NCBI GenBank assembly: GCA_021814615.1
Contig: JAKAHZ010000004.1
Location: forward strand, 6,246-70,245
Direction of reading: 5' to 3'
From: Nitrospirota bacterium
GTDB taxonomy: Bacteria; Nitrospirota; UBA9217
DNA length: 64,000 nucleotides
Shown: positions 1 through 10,827 of the stretch, piece by piece
Layout of the letters: each line of letters opens with the position of its first letter
Numbering within the stretch: the first letter of the stretch is position 1
The notes under the pieces: model-generated
What the model saw: only the letters and a program-made list of their open reading frames with translations
Databases searched by the model: none
What the model was told of the DNA's origin: nothing
Program-made: the position numbers and the translations under genes

Positions 1-2
1 GC

Positions 3-1973
3 GGCCATGGGGATCCGAGCACTTGGACGATCACCGATCCGAACGGCGATGCGATCACGCCGACGCTGGTCGCTTACGGCTCCAGCTCGCAGCGGATCGC
101 GTTCTTCACTCCCACCGCCGCAGGCAAGTATACGGTTTCCGAGGGATCCAACTCCCTGTCGGTCTATGCAGGCTTTTTTGTCGGCGCGATCTCCGGCGGG
201 GCCGAGGACGGAAAGGGCAATCCTTCGGTCGTTGCCGACGGAGGCTGCATGATCTGCCATGACGATGCGACGGCGCCCGACGAATTCACGCCGTGGAAAG
301 GCACGCTCCACTCCAACTTCTTCGCCCGCGGCCTGAACGGCATCACCTCGAACAATAGCGCCTGCGTATCCTGCCATACGGTCGGTTATGACGAGTCGGC
401 GGCCGCGAAGGATGACGGCGGCTATTACAGCAAGCTGACGAACACCGCCACCAATCCCAACAAATGGCAGTATCCGGCCACGCGCAAGGCCGGCAACTGG
501 GCGGCAATGTGGGATCCCGCAACGGGAGCTCCGCAGGTCGCGCGGATGACCAATATCCAGTGCGAGAGCTGTCACGGACCGAACAACAGCGATGCGCATC
601 AGACGGCCCAGAATCCGACCAGTTCCTCGGCTTTCCGCGTCAGCTACGCCGCTGAAGTCTGCGCGGTCTGCCATGCCTCGGGCACGGGCCATCACCTCTA
701 CTCGGAATGGCAGACGCTGAATCCCGACGAGAAGGACCCCGATGCTGTCGGCAGCACCAGCGAATTCGGCATGGGCCATTCGAACCGGCGCGCGGCGGTC
801 AGCATGGGCGCGGGCAGCAACTCCTGCAGGCGCTGCCATGCCGGCCAGGGCTTCCCGAACTTCCTCACGCAGCTGAACGACGGTTTCATCGGGAATCTCG
901 GAACCGATACGGTAAATCCCATCACGATCGACTGGGATGCGTCGAATGTGGAGCCCATCACCTGCACGGCCTGCCACGATCCGCATGACGCGACGAACCC
1001 GAACCAGTTGCGCGTCTACGGCACCACGCCGCTGCTTCCCTCGGGTTTTGCCGCTGTGGGCCTGGGCAAGGGCGCGCTCTGCATCACCTGCCACAACAGC
1101 AGGAACGGCGCCCAGAGCAGCAGCAACGTCAATACCTATCTGCACGAAGACAGCCAGCCCACGAATACGGGCCTGATGAACTACAACAAGGGCAATCCGA
1201 CGAGCTATAGCGCGCCGCATACCGCTTGCCAGGGCGACGTGTTCATGGGCCGGAACGCCTACTTCCAGGGCGCGGGAAACCTGCCCAAGCTCTCGAAACA
1301 TTCGTCCGTGGAGGATGCCTGCGTGGGATGCCATATGAAACTGAATCCCCAGACACACCTCTCCCATGGCGCTCCGGAAGTGAGCTCCCATGTCTTTTAC
1401 ATCACCAACGCGGACGCGCCGAAGCTCTGCGCGAACTGCCATAGCTCGAATGTGAACGGCGAAGCTCTCCAGGCGGGGGTGGAAGCCGCGCTCGAGGCGC
1501 TTAATACGCAGATGGGCAAGAACGTCCTGTCCAAGGCCACGAATACCGTTCTTAACGTCATTGCATGGGATCCGGCGTCGGATGCCTATTCCAGCGCAAC
1601 CGGCACGAACGGGCAGGTCGCCTTCAACCTCGACCTGACAACGGGCGTGAACAGCATGACCACGGCGTCGCTCTTCGAGATTCACGGACAGATCGGTTTT
1701 ATGGTCACGCTGACGAACCCGGTCACCATGGTCATGACGAACGGATCGACCAAATCACTCTCGACCTTCGGCATCCAGATGGGCAACCTGAAATCAGCGG
1801 CTACGGCAAGCTTCCCGGTTCTCTATAACAATAAGGCCGGCAGCCCCATGGTCAAGGCGGGATGGAACTACTTCCTGATCGAGGGAGACAAGAGCAAAGG
1901 CGTTCATAATCCCAGCTTCGTCCAGGGAGTGCTGAACAGCACGATCAGCATGGTCACGAGCACGAATAACTAA
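3..1973 (+). CDS. Multiheme c-type cytochrome, 9 CXXCH motifs, 5'-truncated by the window edge; paralog of the next gene
   Basis: The frame is open from nt 3 (GHGDPSTWTITDPNG...), upstream of the ORF-track start at 249. Motifs: CMICH, CVSCH, CESCH, CAVCH, CRRCH, CTACH, CITCH, CVGCH, CANCH. C-terminal DKSKGVHNPSF. Aligns with 2091..4799. Confidence 0.9.
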   Translation, partial: GHGDPSTWTITDPNGDAITPTLVAYGSSSQRIAFFTPTAAGKYTVSEGSNSLSVYAGFFVGAISGGAEDGKGNPSVVADGGCMICHDDATAPDEFTPWKGTLHSNFFARGLNGITSNNSACVSCHTVGYDESAAAKDDGGYYSKLTNTATNPNKWQYPATRKAGNWAAMWDPATGAPQVARMTNIQCESCHGPNNSDAHQTAQNPTSSSAFRVSYAAEVCAVCHASGTGHHLYSEWQTLNPDEKDPDAVGSTSEFGMGHSNRRAAVSMGAGSNSCRRCHAGQGFPNFLTQLNDGFIGNLGTDTVNPITIDWDASNVEPITCTACHDPHDATNPNQLRVYGTTPLLPSGFAAVGLGKGALCITCHNSRNGAQSSSNVNTYLHEDSQPTNTGLMNYNKGNPTSYSAPHTACQGDVFMGRNAYFQGAGNLPKLSKHSSVEDACVGCHMKLNPQTHLSHGAPEVSSHVFYITNADAPKLCANCHSSNVNGEALQAGVEAALEALNTQMGKNVLSKATNTVLNVIAWDPASDAYSSATGTNGQVAFNLDLTTGVNSMTTASLFEIHGQIGFMVTLTNPVTMVMTNGSTKSLSTFGIQMGNLKSAATASFPVLYNNKAGSPMVKAGWNYFLIEGDKSKGVHNPSFVQGVLNSTISMVTSTNN

Positions 1974-2090
1974 ACCACGGCAACGAGAGGCCTGTCTTGG
2001 AAGAGACAGCCCTCTTCGAGCTGAAGGTCACAGGTGATCCTCGCGCGCTGACCCGGCGAGGAAACAAAGATAAAGGAGGAAGAACCTGTC

Positions 2091-4799
2091 ATGAGGAAAC
2101 GACATGGAACAGTAGCAATAGGTTTGATCAGTCTGGTACTGCTGGTTTCTCTAATGGCTCTCGGAGGTTGTAAAGGGGACACCGGTTCGGCCGGGAATAC
2201 GAACGGAACGATCAGCGGTGTCGTGACGTCGGCAACGGGAACGGCGCTGCTGGCAGGGGTAACGGTTACGGCGGTAACGAGCGGCACTACGGCGACCACC
2301 GATTCGTCGGGCGCCTACAGTATGTCGGTGCCCGCCGGCACCTATCAGCTGTCCTTCGCGTTGTCCTCCTATACCTCCGGCAGCGCCACTGCCTACGTGG
2401 CTGCCGGAACGACGACGACGATCAATGTGACCATGGCGCAGGCGGCGAGCGGCAAGCCGACCGTCACAATCGCCGTGGCGAACAACAATATCGGATTCGG
2501 CAACTCGATCGACGTGACCGCTTCCGCGACCGACCCGAACGGCGACACGATCAGTTATGTCTGGACCAACGCCACCGGTTCCGGCACGTTGGCAACAGCC
2601 GTGACGCCGACACTCGGCAAGGCCTTGGGCGGCATGGCGGCTCCATCGAACGATCCGGGCGGATACATCACGGCCTACAAGGTCGAAGATCGTTTCGGCA
2701 TCCTGCCTTTGACGTCTGACACGCGCGGTACGCTGACGGTAACGGTGAAAGCCGATGACGGCAAGGGCCAGTCCTCGACCGCATCGGTGGCTATCAATGC
2801 CGCCGGATTCCAGGGCGGCGTGAAATCCGTGGCGCTCGGGGTTCCCGTCTATGTGAACAGCGGCCATGCTGATCCCAGCACCTGGACGATCACCGATCCG
2901 AACGGCGCTTCCGTAACGGCTACGCTTGTGTCCTACGGCACGAACTCGCAGCGCATCGCGGGCTTTACCCCGACTGTGGCAGGCAAATATGTCGTTGCCG
3001 AGGGCGCGAACTCGATGAATATCTATGCGGGGACCTACGCCGGCGCGATCTCCGGCGGTACCGAGGACAGCAAGGGCAACCCGTCGGTTGTCGCAAATTC
3101 CGATTGCACGGGTTGCCACAATGATACGACGGCTCCCGACGAATTCACGCCGTGGAAGGGAACGTTGCATTCCAATTTCTTCGCACGCGGCTTGAATGGC
3201 ATTACGTCGAACAACGGCACCTGCCTGACCTGCCACACGGTCGGTTACGACACCGCCCCGGCATCGCTCGCAGACGGCGGCTACTACAGCAAACTGACGA
3301 ACACGACAACGAACCCGAACAACTGGCAGTATCCTGCCACGCGCAAGCAGGGCAACTGGGCGACCATGTGGTCGACCACCGCCGGCGCGCCGCAGGTCGC
3401 CGCAATGACGAACATCCAGTGCGAGAGCTGTCATGGACCGAACAATGACGATGCTCACAAGACGTCAAGCACGACGCGCGACCGAGTGAACTTCAGCGCC
3501 GAAGTCTGCGCTGTGTGCCACGCTTCAGGCACGGGCCATCACATCTACTCGGAGTGGCTGTCCGGCGGGGCAGACGAGGAGCCTATGCACGCCAACCTCG
3601 AACTTGCCCTCGAAGAAGGCCTGATCTCGAACAGCTCGAGCACGTCGTACACGTCCTGCGCGCGCTGTCATTCCGCCCAGGGCTATTCGCTGTATTCCGA
3701 CATGCTGAATGCTGGAAACATAGGAGGTATCAGGAATGACAACCGGTTCTGGGACGCGTCTACTGTCGAGCCCCAGACCTGCACTGCCTGCCATGACCCG
3801 CATGATGCAACGAATCCGAATCAGCTTCGGCAGTATAATAACATCGCACTGCTGCCTTCCGGTTTCGGCATATCGGGCTTTGGCAAGGGTGCAATGTGCG
3901 CCTCCTGTCACAATACGCGGAACGGTACGATCAGCAACAATGCCGACTTCGTCGGTCTGAGCATGGCGATCCTGCACGAGGATGCCGATGCCGCGCATCC
4001 GACCAGCATGCCGAAGACTGACGGAACATTCTCGAACAACTTCTCCGTGGGTACGCCACATGCCCCCACGCAGACGGATATTTATGCAGGACGGAACGCG
4101 TTCTTCATGGGCTATGGCAACCTGCCGATGCTTTCGAAACATGCCAATGTCGAGGACACCTGCGTCGGCTGCCATATGAAGCTGAACCCGCAGACCCATC
4201 TTTCACACGGCGCGCCGGAAACGAGCGGCCACGTGATGTTCATCGCTGAAGAGGATGCCTCAAAGGTCTGCGCCAACTGCCATAGCGCGAATGTGGGTGC
4301 CGAGGGCATCATTGCGAACTACGCAGCTGCGCGCGACAACCTGGCGTCGGCCATGGCGAACGCTCTGGCGACCCGTATCTCTTCGTCGATCAACGCGGGC
4401 GCTGCGTACGTGGTGATGACGGACCTGGCCACGGGAAGCTCTACGACGCGCATCACTATCCCGAGCACGAATCCGGTTGTTTCGAGCACTTTCGGCATTT
4501 ACAGCAGCAGGCCTTATGCCGTGCTTAACCTGACGAGCGCAATTACCGCGACCTATGGTTCCGGCGCATCGGCCTATTCGAAGACATCGAACAGCGTTGC
4601 CGTACGGTACGACAACTTCTTCGCGTCGGCGAATGTGGGAAGCAAAACGACGAATTACTCGACCAACAGCGACGGCAACATGGTCAAGGCAATGTGGAAC
4701 TTCATGCTGGCGGACCGCGACAAGAGCAAGGGCATTCACAACCCGAGCTTCGTTTTCGGCGTTCTGAGCAAAACGGCTGCGCAGGACCTTTCAAAGTAA
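2091..4799 (+). CDS. Outer-surface multiheme lipoprotein cytochrome c (9 CXXCH) with N-terminal carboxypeptidase-regulatory/Ig-like domains
   Basis: Lipobox LGGC and SD GGAGGA. Motifs: CTGCH, CLTCH, CESCH, CAVCH, CARCH, CTACH, CASCH, CVGCH, CANCH. C-terminal GIHNPSF. Confidence 0.9.
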   Translation: MRKRHGTVAIGLISLVLLVSLMALGGCKGDTGSAGNTNGTISGVVTSATGTALLAGVTVTAVTSGTTATTDSSGAYSMSVPAGTYQLSFALSSYTSGSATAYVAAGTTTTINVTMAQAASGKPTVTIAVANNNIGFGNSIDVTASATDPNGDTISYVWTNATGSGTLATAVTPTLGKALGGMAAPSNDPGGYITAYKVEDRFGILPLTSDTRGTLTVTVKADDGKGQSSTASVAINAAGFQGGVKSVALGVPVYVNSGHADPSTWTITDPNGASVTATLVSYGTNSQRIAGFTPTVAGKYVVAEGANSMNIYAGTYAGAISGGTEDSKGNPSVVANSDCTGCHNDTTAPDEFTPWKGTLHSNFFARGLNGITSNNGTCLTCHTVGYDTAPASLADGGYYSKLTNTTTNPNNWQYPATRKQGNWATMWSTTAGAPQVAAMTNIQCESCHGPNNDDAHKTSSTTRDRVNFSAEVCAVCHASGTGHHIYSEWLSGGADEEPMHANLELALEEGLISNSSSTSYTSCARCHSAQGYSLYSDMLNAGNIGGIRNDNRFWDASTVEPQTCTACHDPHDATNPNQLRQYNNIALLPSGFGISGFGKGAMCASCHNTRNGTISNNADFVGLSMAILHEDADAAHPTSMPKTDGTFSNNFSVGTPHAPTQTDIYAGRNAFFMGYGNLPMLSKHANVEDTCVGCHMKLNPQTHLSHGAPETSGHVMFIAEEDASKVCANCHSANVGAEGIIANYAAARDNLASAMANALATRISSSINAGAAYVVMTDLATGSSTTRITIPSTNPVVSSTFGIYSSRPYAVLNLTSAITATYGSGASAYSKTSNSVAVRYDNFFASANVGSKTTNYSTNSDGNMVKAMWNFMLADRDKSKGIHNPSFVFGVLSKTAAQDLSK

Positions 4800-4813
4800 C
4801 ATAGAGGTGCAAT

Positions 4814-4848
4814 CGGAAGGACATGCCCTGCATGGGCATGTCCTTCCG
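4814..4848. promoter_or_regulatory. Perfect 15-bp intergenic hairpin without a U-tract (mRNA stabiliser or partial terminator)
   Basis: cggaaggacatgccc-tgcat-gggcatgtccttccg, directly after the cytochrome stop. Confidence 0.6.
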
Positions 4849-4955
4849 TCTCCTTCCGGGGAACGTTTGTAACGGATCCCCCGAAGGTGAAAGGCAGCGG
4901 GATACCTTCCCGCGCATGAAGAACCACTATCGATTTACGGAAAGGAGGCGGCCAC

Positions 4956-6623
4956 TTGAAAGGAATCACGTTGTTATCCCTACGAAGCGGTCCCTTGAGC
5001 GGAACTATCGTTACAGCTCTGTACGTGGTCCTTTCGGTCGTCCTTATGCTGCCGGCGCGTTCGCTGGCTGCGAGCCTTGAGGGCGAATCGAACACCTACG
5101 TGATGTCACGCGAGACCGCGGACAAGACCAAACTGCTCCCGGTTTATGAGTACCTGAATTTTTCTATCCAGAACCTGGGCGATGAATCATTGTCTGCGAA
5201 CGTCGGCGGCTGGTTCCGTTATGATACCAAAGCAGTGGACAACGAAAGCAACCGGGACAATGACCTGCAGTACGCTTATCTGAGCTACAAGAAGAGCGGA
5301 ACCACGGTGAATGTGGGCCGCGTCATGGTCTTCGAAGGCGTGGCTGCGGAACGCGTGGACGGCGCATATGGCCGCACCGATCTCGGCCGCGGTTTCGGCG
5401 TATCGGCGTTCGGCGGCTCCGCGGTCGCAACCGGCCAGACGGGCACGGCCAACACGATCTACGGCGGACGCCTGACCCATCAGATAGCAGGCCTCTATAC
5501 GATCGGATTTTCCTACCTGAAGGAAGATACCTACCCGAACAACCAGCCCGGCGCAAGCAGCGCGACCTTCCGGGAAGAGGAGGGGATCGATCTCTGGGTG
5601 CGGCCGGTCGCCAAGGTGGAGTTGATGGGCCGGTCGAATTACAATGCCGGGACCAAGGGGTGGATGGAGCATACCTATTATCTTGTGCTGGGACCCTTCG
5701 CCAACCTCCGGTTGAACACCGAAGCATCGTGGATCAACTACGAGGACTATTTTTCTTCATCCACGCTCAGTGTTTTCCAGTTCCAGGCAGGCGGGCCTAT
5801 CGATCCGAAGGAAAAAGCCTCGATTCTGGGAGAAGAGGCGGTCTACGGAATCGGCGACAAATGGACTGTCTCTGCTGACTACAAGAGGTACGGCTATGAT
5901 ATCGCCGGGAACGCCAACTATTACGGCGCGAAGGTGAATTACAGCTACGGAAGTGCGGGAGGTTCGGGACTGTCGGTCCATAGAATGGACGGGGTCAGCG
6001 ATCGTCTTCGGTACGATGAGTACCGTCTCTTCACCTACCGGAAGCTGCACAAGTGGGATCTCGCTCTGGATCTCATCGATGTGAAATATGACCAGAAGAT
6101 CAACGACGTGACGAATGCCTATTCAGCATCGGCTGCCGTCGGATACGAGCTTACGGAAAGCCTGAAGGTGGGCGCCGATGTGGAGTATGCGAAGAATCCC
6201 GATTTCGACAAGGATGTCCGCCTCTTCGTGAAGGCTATCTATGCTTTCGATACGGCCAAGAAACACCCGGCCACGGAGCAGGAAAAGCCTGCGCCAGCAG
6301 CGGATGCGCCGAAGCCGGCAGCACCGGCTGAGGCGCCAAAACCGGCGGCTGAACCGGCCGCGGCCCCCGCGCCGGCAGCACCGGCTGAGGCGCCAAAACC
6401 GGCGGCTGAACCGGCAGCGGCCCCCGCACCGGCTGCGCCGGCGGAAGCTCCCAAACCGGCGGCTGAACCGGCAGCGGCCCCCGCACCGGCTGCGCCGGCG
6501 GAAGCTCCCAAACCCGCGGTTGAACCTGCCGCAGCTCCCGCGCCGGCTGCTGATCCTGCAGCACCGGCAACAGCTCCGGCAGGCGCCGGCGGAGAGACCA
6601 CGCAGAAGGAGGGCGCACAATAA
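4956..6623 (+). CDS. Outer-membrane beta-barrel of a porin-cytochrome conduit, with a Pro/Ala-rich C-terminal tail
   Basis: Signal peptide, then alternating aromatic/hydrophobic strands ending VRLFVKAIYAF. Flanked by multiheme cytochromes. TTG start with a GGAGG SD. Confidence 0.75.
   Translation: MKGITLLSLRSGPLSGTIVTALYVVLSVVLMLPARSLAASLEGESNTYVMSRETADKTKLLPVYEYLNFSIQNLGDESLSANVGGWFRYDTKAVDNESNRDNDLQYAYLSYKKSGTTVNVGRVMVFEGVAAERVDGAYGRTDLGRGFGVSAFGGSAVATGQTGTANTIYGGRLTHQIAGLYTIGFSYLKEDTYPNNQPGASSATFREEEGIDLWVRPVAKVELMGRSNYNAGTKGWMEHTYYLVLGPFANLRLNTEASWINYEDYFSSSTLSVFQFQAGGPIDPKEKASILGEEAVYGIGDKWTVSADYKRYGYDIAGNANYYGAKVNYSYGSAGGSGLSVHRMDGVSDRLRYDEYRLFTYRKLHKWDLALDLIDVKYDQKINDVTNAYSASAAVGYELTESLKVGADVEYAKNPDFDKDVRLFVKAIYAFDTAKKHPATEQEKPAPAADAPKPAAPAEAPKPAAEPAAAPAPAAPAEAPKPAAEPAAAPAPAAPAEAPKPAAEPAAAPAPAAPAEAPKPAVEPAAAPAPAADPAAPATAPAGAGGETTQKEGAQ
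6315..6543 (+). repeat. Four tandem 57-bp coding repeats (PAAPAEAPKPAAEPAAAPA)
   Basis: Units begin at about 6315, 6372, 6429 and 6486; visible in both DNA and protein. Confidence 0.9.
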
Positions 6624-7066
6624 TGAAGAAGCTCATCTTTACGCTGCTGTTGCTGGCGAGCCTTCCTTTGCTGATAATCGTTCAGTATGCAAACGCCCAG
6701 AGCTATACGGGAGGAAAGCATCCCGTCGAAGTCTCCGCGCCGCCCATGTGCAGCCAGTGTCATTCCGACGGCAGGGCTTCCATGGACCATACGAGCGATT
6801 TTGGATCCAAACGGCATAAGTTCTATGCTGGACAGGACAGCCGGGCATGTGCTGCCTGTCACCGCGATGCTTTTTGCTCCGATTGTCATGCTCATAAGGA
6901 AGAGCTGAAGCCGAGCGACAAGTACCGTGACGCGCCGGAGCGGACGCTTCCTCATCGAGGCGATTATCTGAACCAGCATAAGATCGACGGCAGGATCAAT
7001 CCTACGTCATGCTACCCGTGCCATGGCCGTCAGAATAATGAGAGGTGCCGAGTATGCCACAAATAA
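6623..7066 (+). CDS. Small pentaheme cytochrome c
   Basis: Signal peptide; CSQCH, CAACH, CSDCH, CYPCH, CRVCH; TAATG coupling to the porin stop. Confidence 0.9.
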   Translation: MKKLIFTLLLLASLPLLIIVQYANAQSYTGGKHPVEVSAPPMCSQCHSDGRASMDHTSDFGSKRHKFYAGQDSRACAACHRDAFCSDCHAHKEELKPSDKYRDAPERTLPHRGDYLNQHKIDGRINPTSCYPCHGRQNNERCRVCHK

Positions 7067-7803
7067 CGAGAAGCGCGCTTCTGACGATGCTCCTCTGCGC
7101 GGGGCTGTTGGCGGTCATCGGCTGCGGGACGGCGAACGATAAGGCGACATTTGACAGCGACAAGGGCCATGAGACGGGCTGGCTGCCCGCAAAGCATGCC
7201 GAGGCGGCAAAGGCCGACTACGCCGCATGCGCGGAATGCCATGGCGAGCAGTACGACGGCGGCCAATCCAAGGTCTCATGCACGGCGTGCCATTTGGGCG
7301 GCCCTACGTCGGCTCATCCCGAGGACTGGACCGGAAATGCAGCGCAGAATCACGCTCCCTATGCAAAGGAAAACGGCATTGCTTCCTGCGCTGCCCAGTA
7401 TTGCCACGGCACGCAGTACGAAGGCGTGGCTGAGAGCGGCCCTGCCTGCATATCGTGCCACATGGGCGGACCGGAGTCCATGCATCCGAAGGACTGGGGA
7501 AACTACACGTACGTGAAGCATGCTTTAACCGTAACCTATGCCGGATCGGATACGTCCAAGTGTGCGAATGCAAACTGCCACGGAAGCGATCTGACCGGCG
7601 TAAAGGGGAGCGGACCCTCTTGTACGAGCTGTCATCTGGGCGGCGCTTTCAGCGTGCACCCGGAAAGCTGGAAAGCCAACTTGTCCGAGCATAAGGCCTA
7701 TGTAGCGAACAACGGCTCGCTGACATGCTCCAATGCCGTGTGTCATGGCACCCAATTGCAGGGTGTTGCCGGAAGCGGACCTGCCTGCACTACCTGCCAT
7801 TAA
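7054..7803 (+). CDS. Lipoprotein multiheme cytochrome with 5 CXXCH and 3 CX4CH motifs
   Basis: Lipobox VIGC; CAECH, CTACH, CAAQYCH, CISCH, CANANCH, CTSCH, CSNAVCH, CTTCH; repeated HPxxW. Confidence 0.85.
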   Translation: MPQITRSALLTMLLCAGLLAVIGCGTANDKATFDSDKGHETGWLPAKHAEAAKADYAACAECHGEQYDGGQSKVSCTACHLGGPTSAHPEDWTGNAAQNHAPYAKENGIASCAAQYCHGTQYEGVAESGPACISCHMGGPESMHPKDWGNYTYVKHALTVTYAGSDTSKCANANCHGSDLTGVKGSGPSCTSCHLGGAFSVHPESWKANLSEHKAYVANNGSLTCSNAVCHGTQLQGVAGSGPACTTCH

Positions 7804-7826
7804 GCAGGGTCTGCATGCATTGATGC

Positions 7827-7864
7827 AAAAAGGGAGAATGGCTTTTGCCATTCTCCCTTTTTTT
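7827..7864. terminator. Bidirectional intrinsic terminator between the cytochrome cluster and argB
   Basis: aaaaagggagaatggc-tttt-gccattctcccttttttt. Confidence 0.85.
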
Positions 7865-7895
7865 GTTGCAGAAAAACAGGCCGTAAGAGCCGCTG

Positions 7896-8780
7896 TTATG
7901 CCAGCGTGATCTCGGTGCCGATGCCTTCGCGGGTGAAGATCTCGAGCAGCAGGGCATGGGGAATCCGCCCATCGATGATATGAACTTTGGCGCATCCTGC
8001 CTCAAGCGCGTCGAAACAGGATTTTGTCTTGGGCAGCATGCCGCCGCTGACCGTCCCCGTCTTGATCATGTGCTCGACCTTTTGCTTGTTGAGCGAAGGG
8101 ATCAGGTTCTTTGCGTTGTCCAGGATGCCGACCTGGTCAGTGAGCAGGATCAATTTTTCTGCGCGGAGCGCTCCGGCGACCGCTCCTGCCACCAGATCTG
8201 CGTTTATATTATACGTCTCCCCGTGCTCGCCGACGCCCACAGGCGCGATGACGGGGATAAAACCGCCTTCGTCGAGGGCCGTGAGCGCGCCCGGCCGGAT
8301 CTCCGTCACCTCGCCGACGAGTCCGATATCGATGATCTCGGTGGCGCCCGTTTCCTCGGAGGTCTTCTTCATCGTGAGTTTCTTGGCCTGGATGAGGCCT
8401 CCGTCCTTGCCGGTGAGACCCACGGCAGTGCCTCCCGAACGGTTGATCAGGTTCACAATCTCCTTGTTCACCTTGCCGCCGAGTACCATTTCCACGATGT
8501 CCATGGTCTCCTTGTCGGTGACCCGCTGGCCGGAGATGAAAGTAGGCTTCTTGCCCATGCGCTCCATCGTTTTGCCGATCTGGGGTCCGCCGCCATGGAC
8601 AATGACCGGATTTATGCCGATGTAGCGCAGGAGGACCACATCCTGGGCGAATCCGGCCTTCAGCGCTTCATCGATCATCGCATTTCCGCCGTACTTGATC
8701 ACGAAGGTCTTGCCGCGAAAGGTCTGGATATAGGGGAGCGCTTCGATCAGGGTTCTGGCTTTTTCGATAAGTTCTTCCAT
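7896..8780 (-). CDS. argB: Acetylglutamate kinase
   Basis: [23 protein letters not shown] and GGMLPK motifs. Confidence 0.97.
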   Translation of the reverse strand: MEELIEKARTLIEALPYIQTFRGKTFVIKYGGNAMIDEALKAGFAQDVVLLRYIGINPVIVHGGGPQIGKTMERMGKKPTFISGQRVTDKETMDIVEMVLGGKVNKEIVNLINRSGGTAVGLTGKDGGLIQAKKLTMKKTSEETGATEIIDIGLVGEVTEIRPGALTALDEGGFIPVIAPVGVGEHGETYNINADLVAGAVAGALRAEKLILLTDQVGILDNAKNLIPSLNKQKVEHMIKTGTVSGGMLPKTKSCFDALEAGCAKVHIIDGRIPHALLLEIFTREGIGTEITLA

Positions 8781-8835
8781 AGGGTTCTCCGGAAACGATG
8801 TCCGGGCTTTGTGTCCTCGGATTGCCGCGCCGTTC

Positions 8836-10179
<1,344 letters not shown>

Positions 10180-10263
10180 AGATAGTGTCCTGGAAGTGAG
10201 GAGGGTCGGGCCGGAAGGACCCAGGGCGCGGCTGTGTCAAAACGTTGTTACCCAGCCTTCGGA

Positions 10264-10827
10264 TTACAATTCCTCGATCGAAATCTCCCTGTTGGTGTAG
10301 ATGCATATGTCTGCGGCGATCTTCATCGCCTCCCCGACGATGCTGCGGGCATCCAGTGTCGTGTGTTCCGAAAGCGCGCGCGCCGCTGCCAGGGCATAGG
10401 CGCCGCCCGAGCCGATGGCTGCGATGCCGTTCTCCGGCTCAATGACATCGCCGTTGCCGGAGAGGACGAAGGAACGCTCGGCATCGGCGACGATCATGAG
10501 CGCCTCGAGCCGGCGCAGGACTTTATCGGTTCGCCAGTCCTTCGCCAGTTCGACTGCCGACCGCGTCAGATTGCCGCGGTATTGTTCGAGTTTGGCCTCG
10601 AACTTCTCGAAGAGCGTAAAGGCGTCGGCGGTGGCCCCGGCAAAGCCCGCCAGGATCCGTTCGTTGTACAGTCTCCGGATCTTGACCGCGTTATGCTTCA
10701 TCACCGTAGCTCCGACGGTCACTTGACCGTCGCCGCCGATGGCGGTCCTTCCGTTCTTCCTGACGCAGAGGATCGTGGTTGCGTGAGGTGCGGCGTGCAT
10801 GGCGGCAGGGTCCATGGCCAAGATCAT
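10264..10827 (-). CDS. hslV: HslV peptidase subunit
   Basis: HATTIL catalytic Thr, [20 protein letters not shown]. Confidence 0.97.
   Translation of the reverse strand: MILAMDPAAMHAAPHATTILCVRKNGRTAIGGDGQVTVGATVMKHNAVKIRRLYNERILAGFAGATADAFTLFEKFEAKLEQYRGNLTRSAVELAKDWRTDKVLRRLEALMIVADAERSFVLSGNGDVIEPENGIAAIGSGGAYALAAARALSEHTTLDARSIVGEAMKIAADICIYTNREISIEEL

Noticed and set aside
3..4799. NrfA/octaheme nitrite reductase assignment from the C-terminal GxHNP motif
   Set aside because: There is no CXXCK active-site motif, and the lipoprotein/porin context fits electron conduction better.
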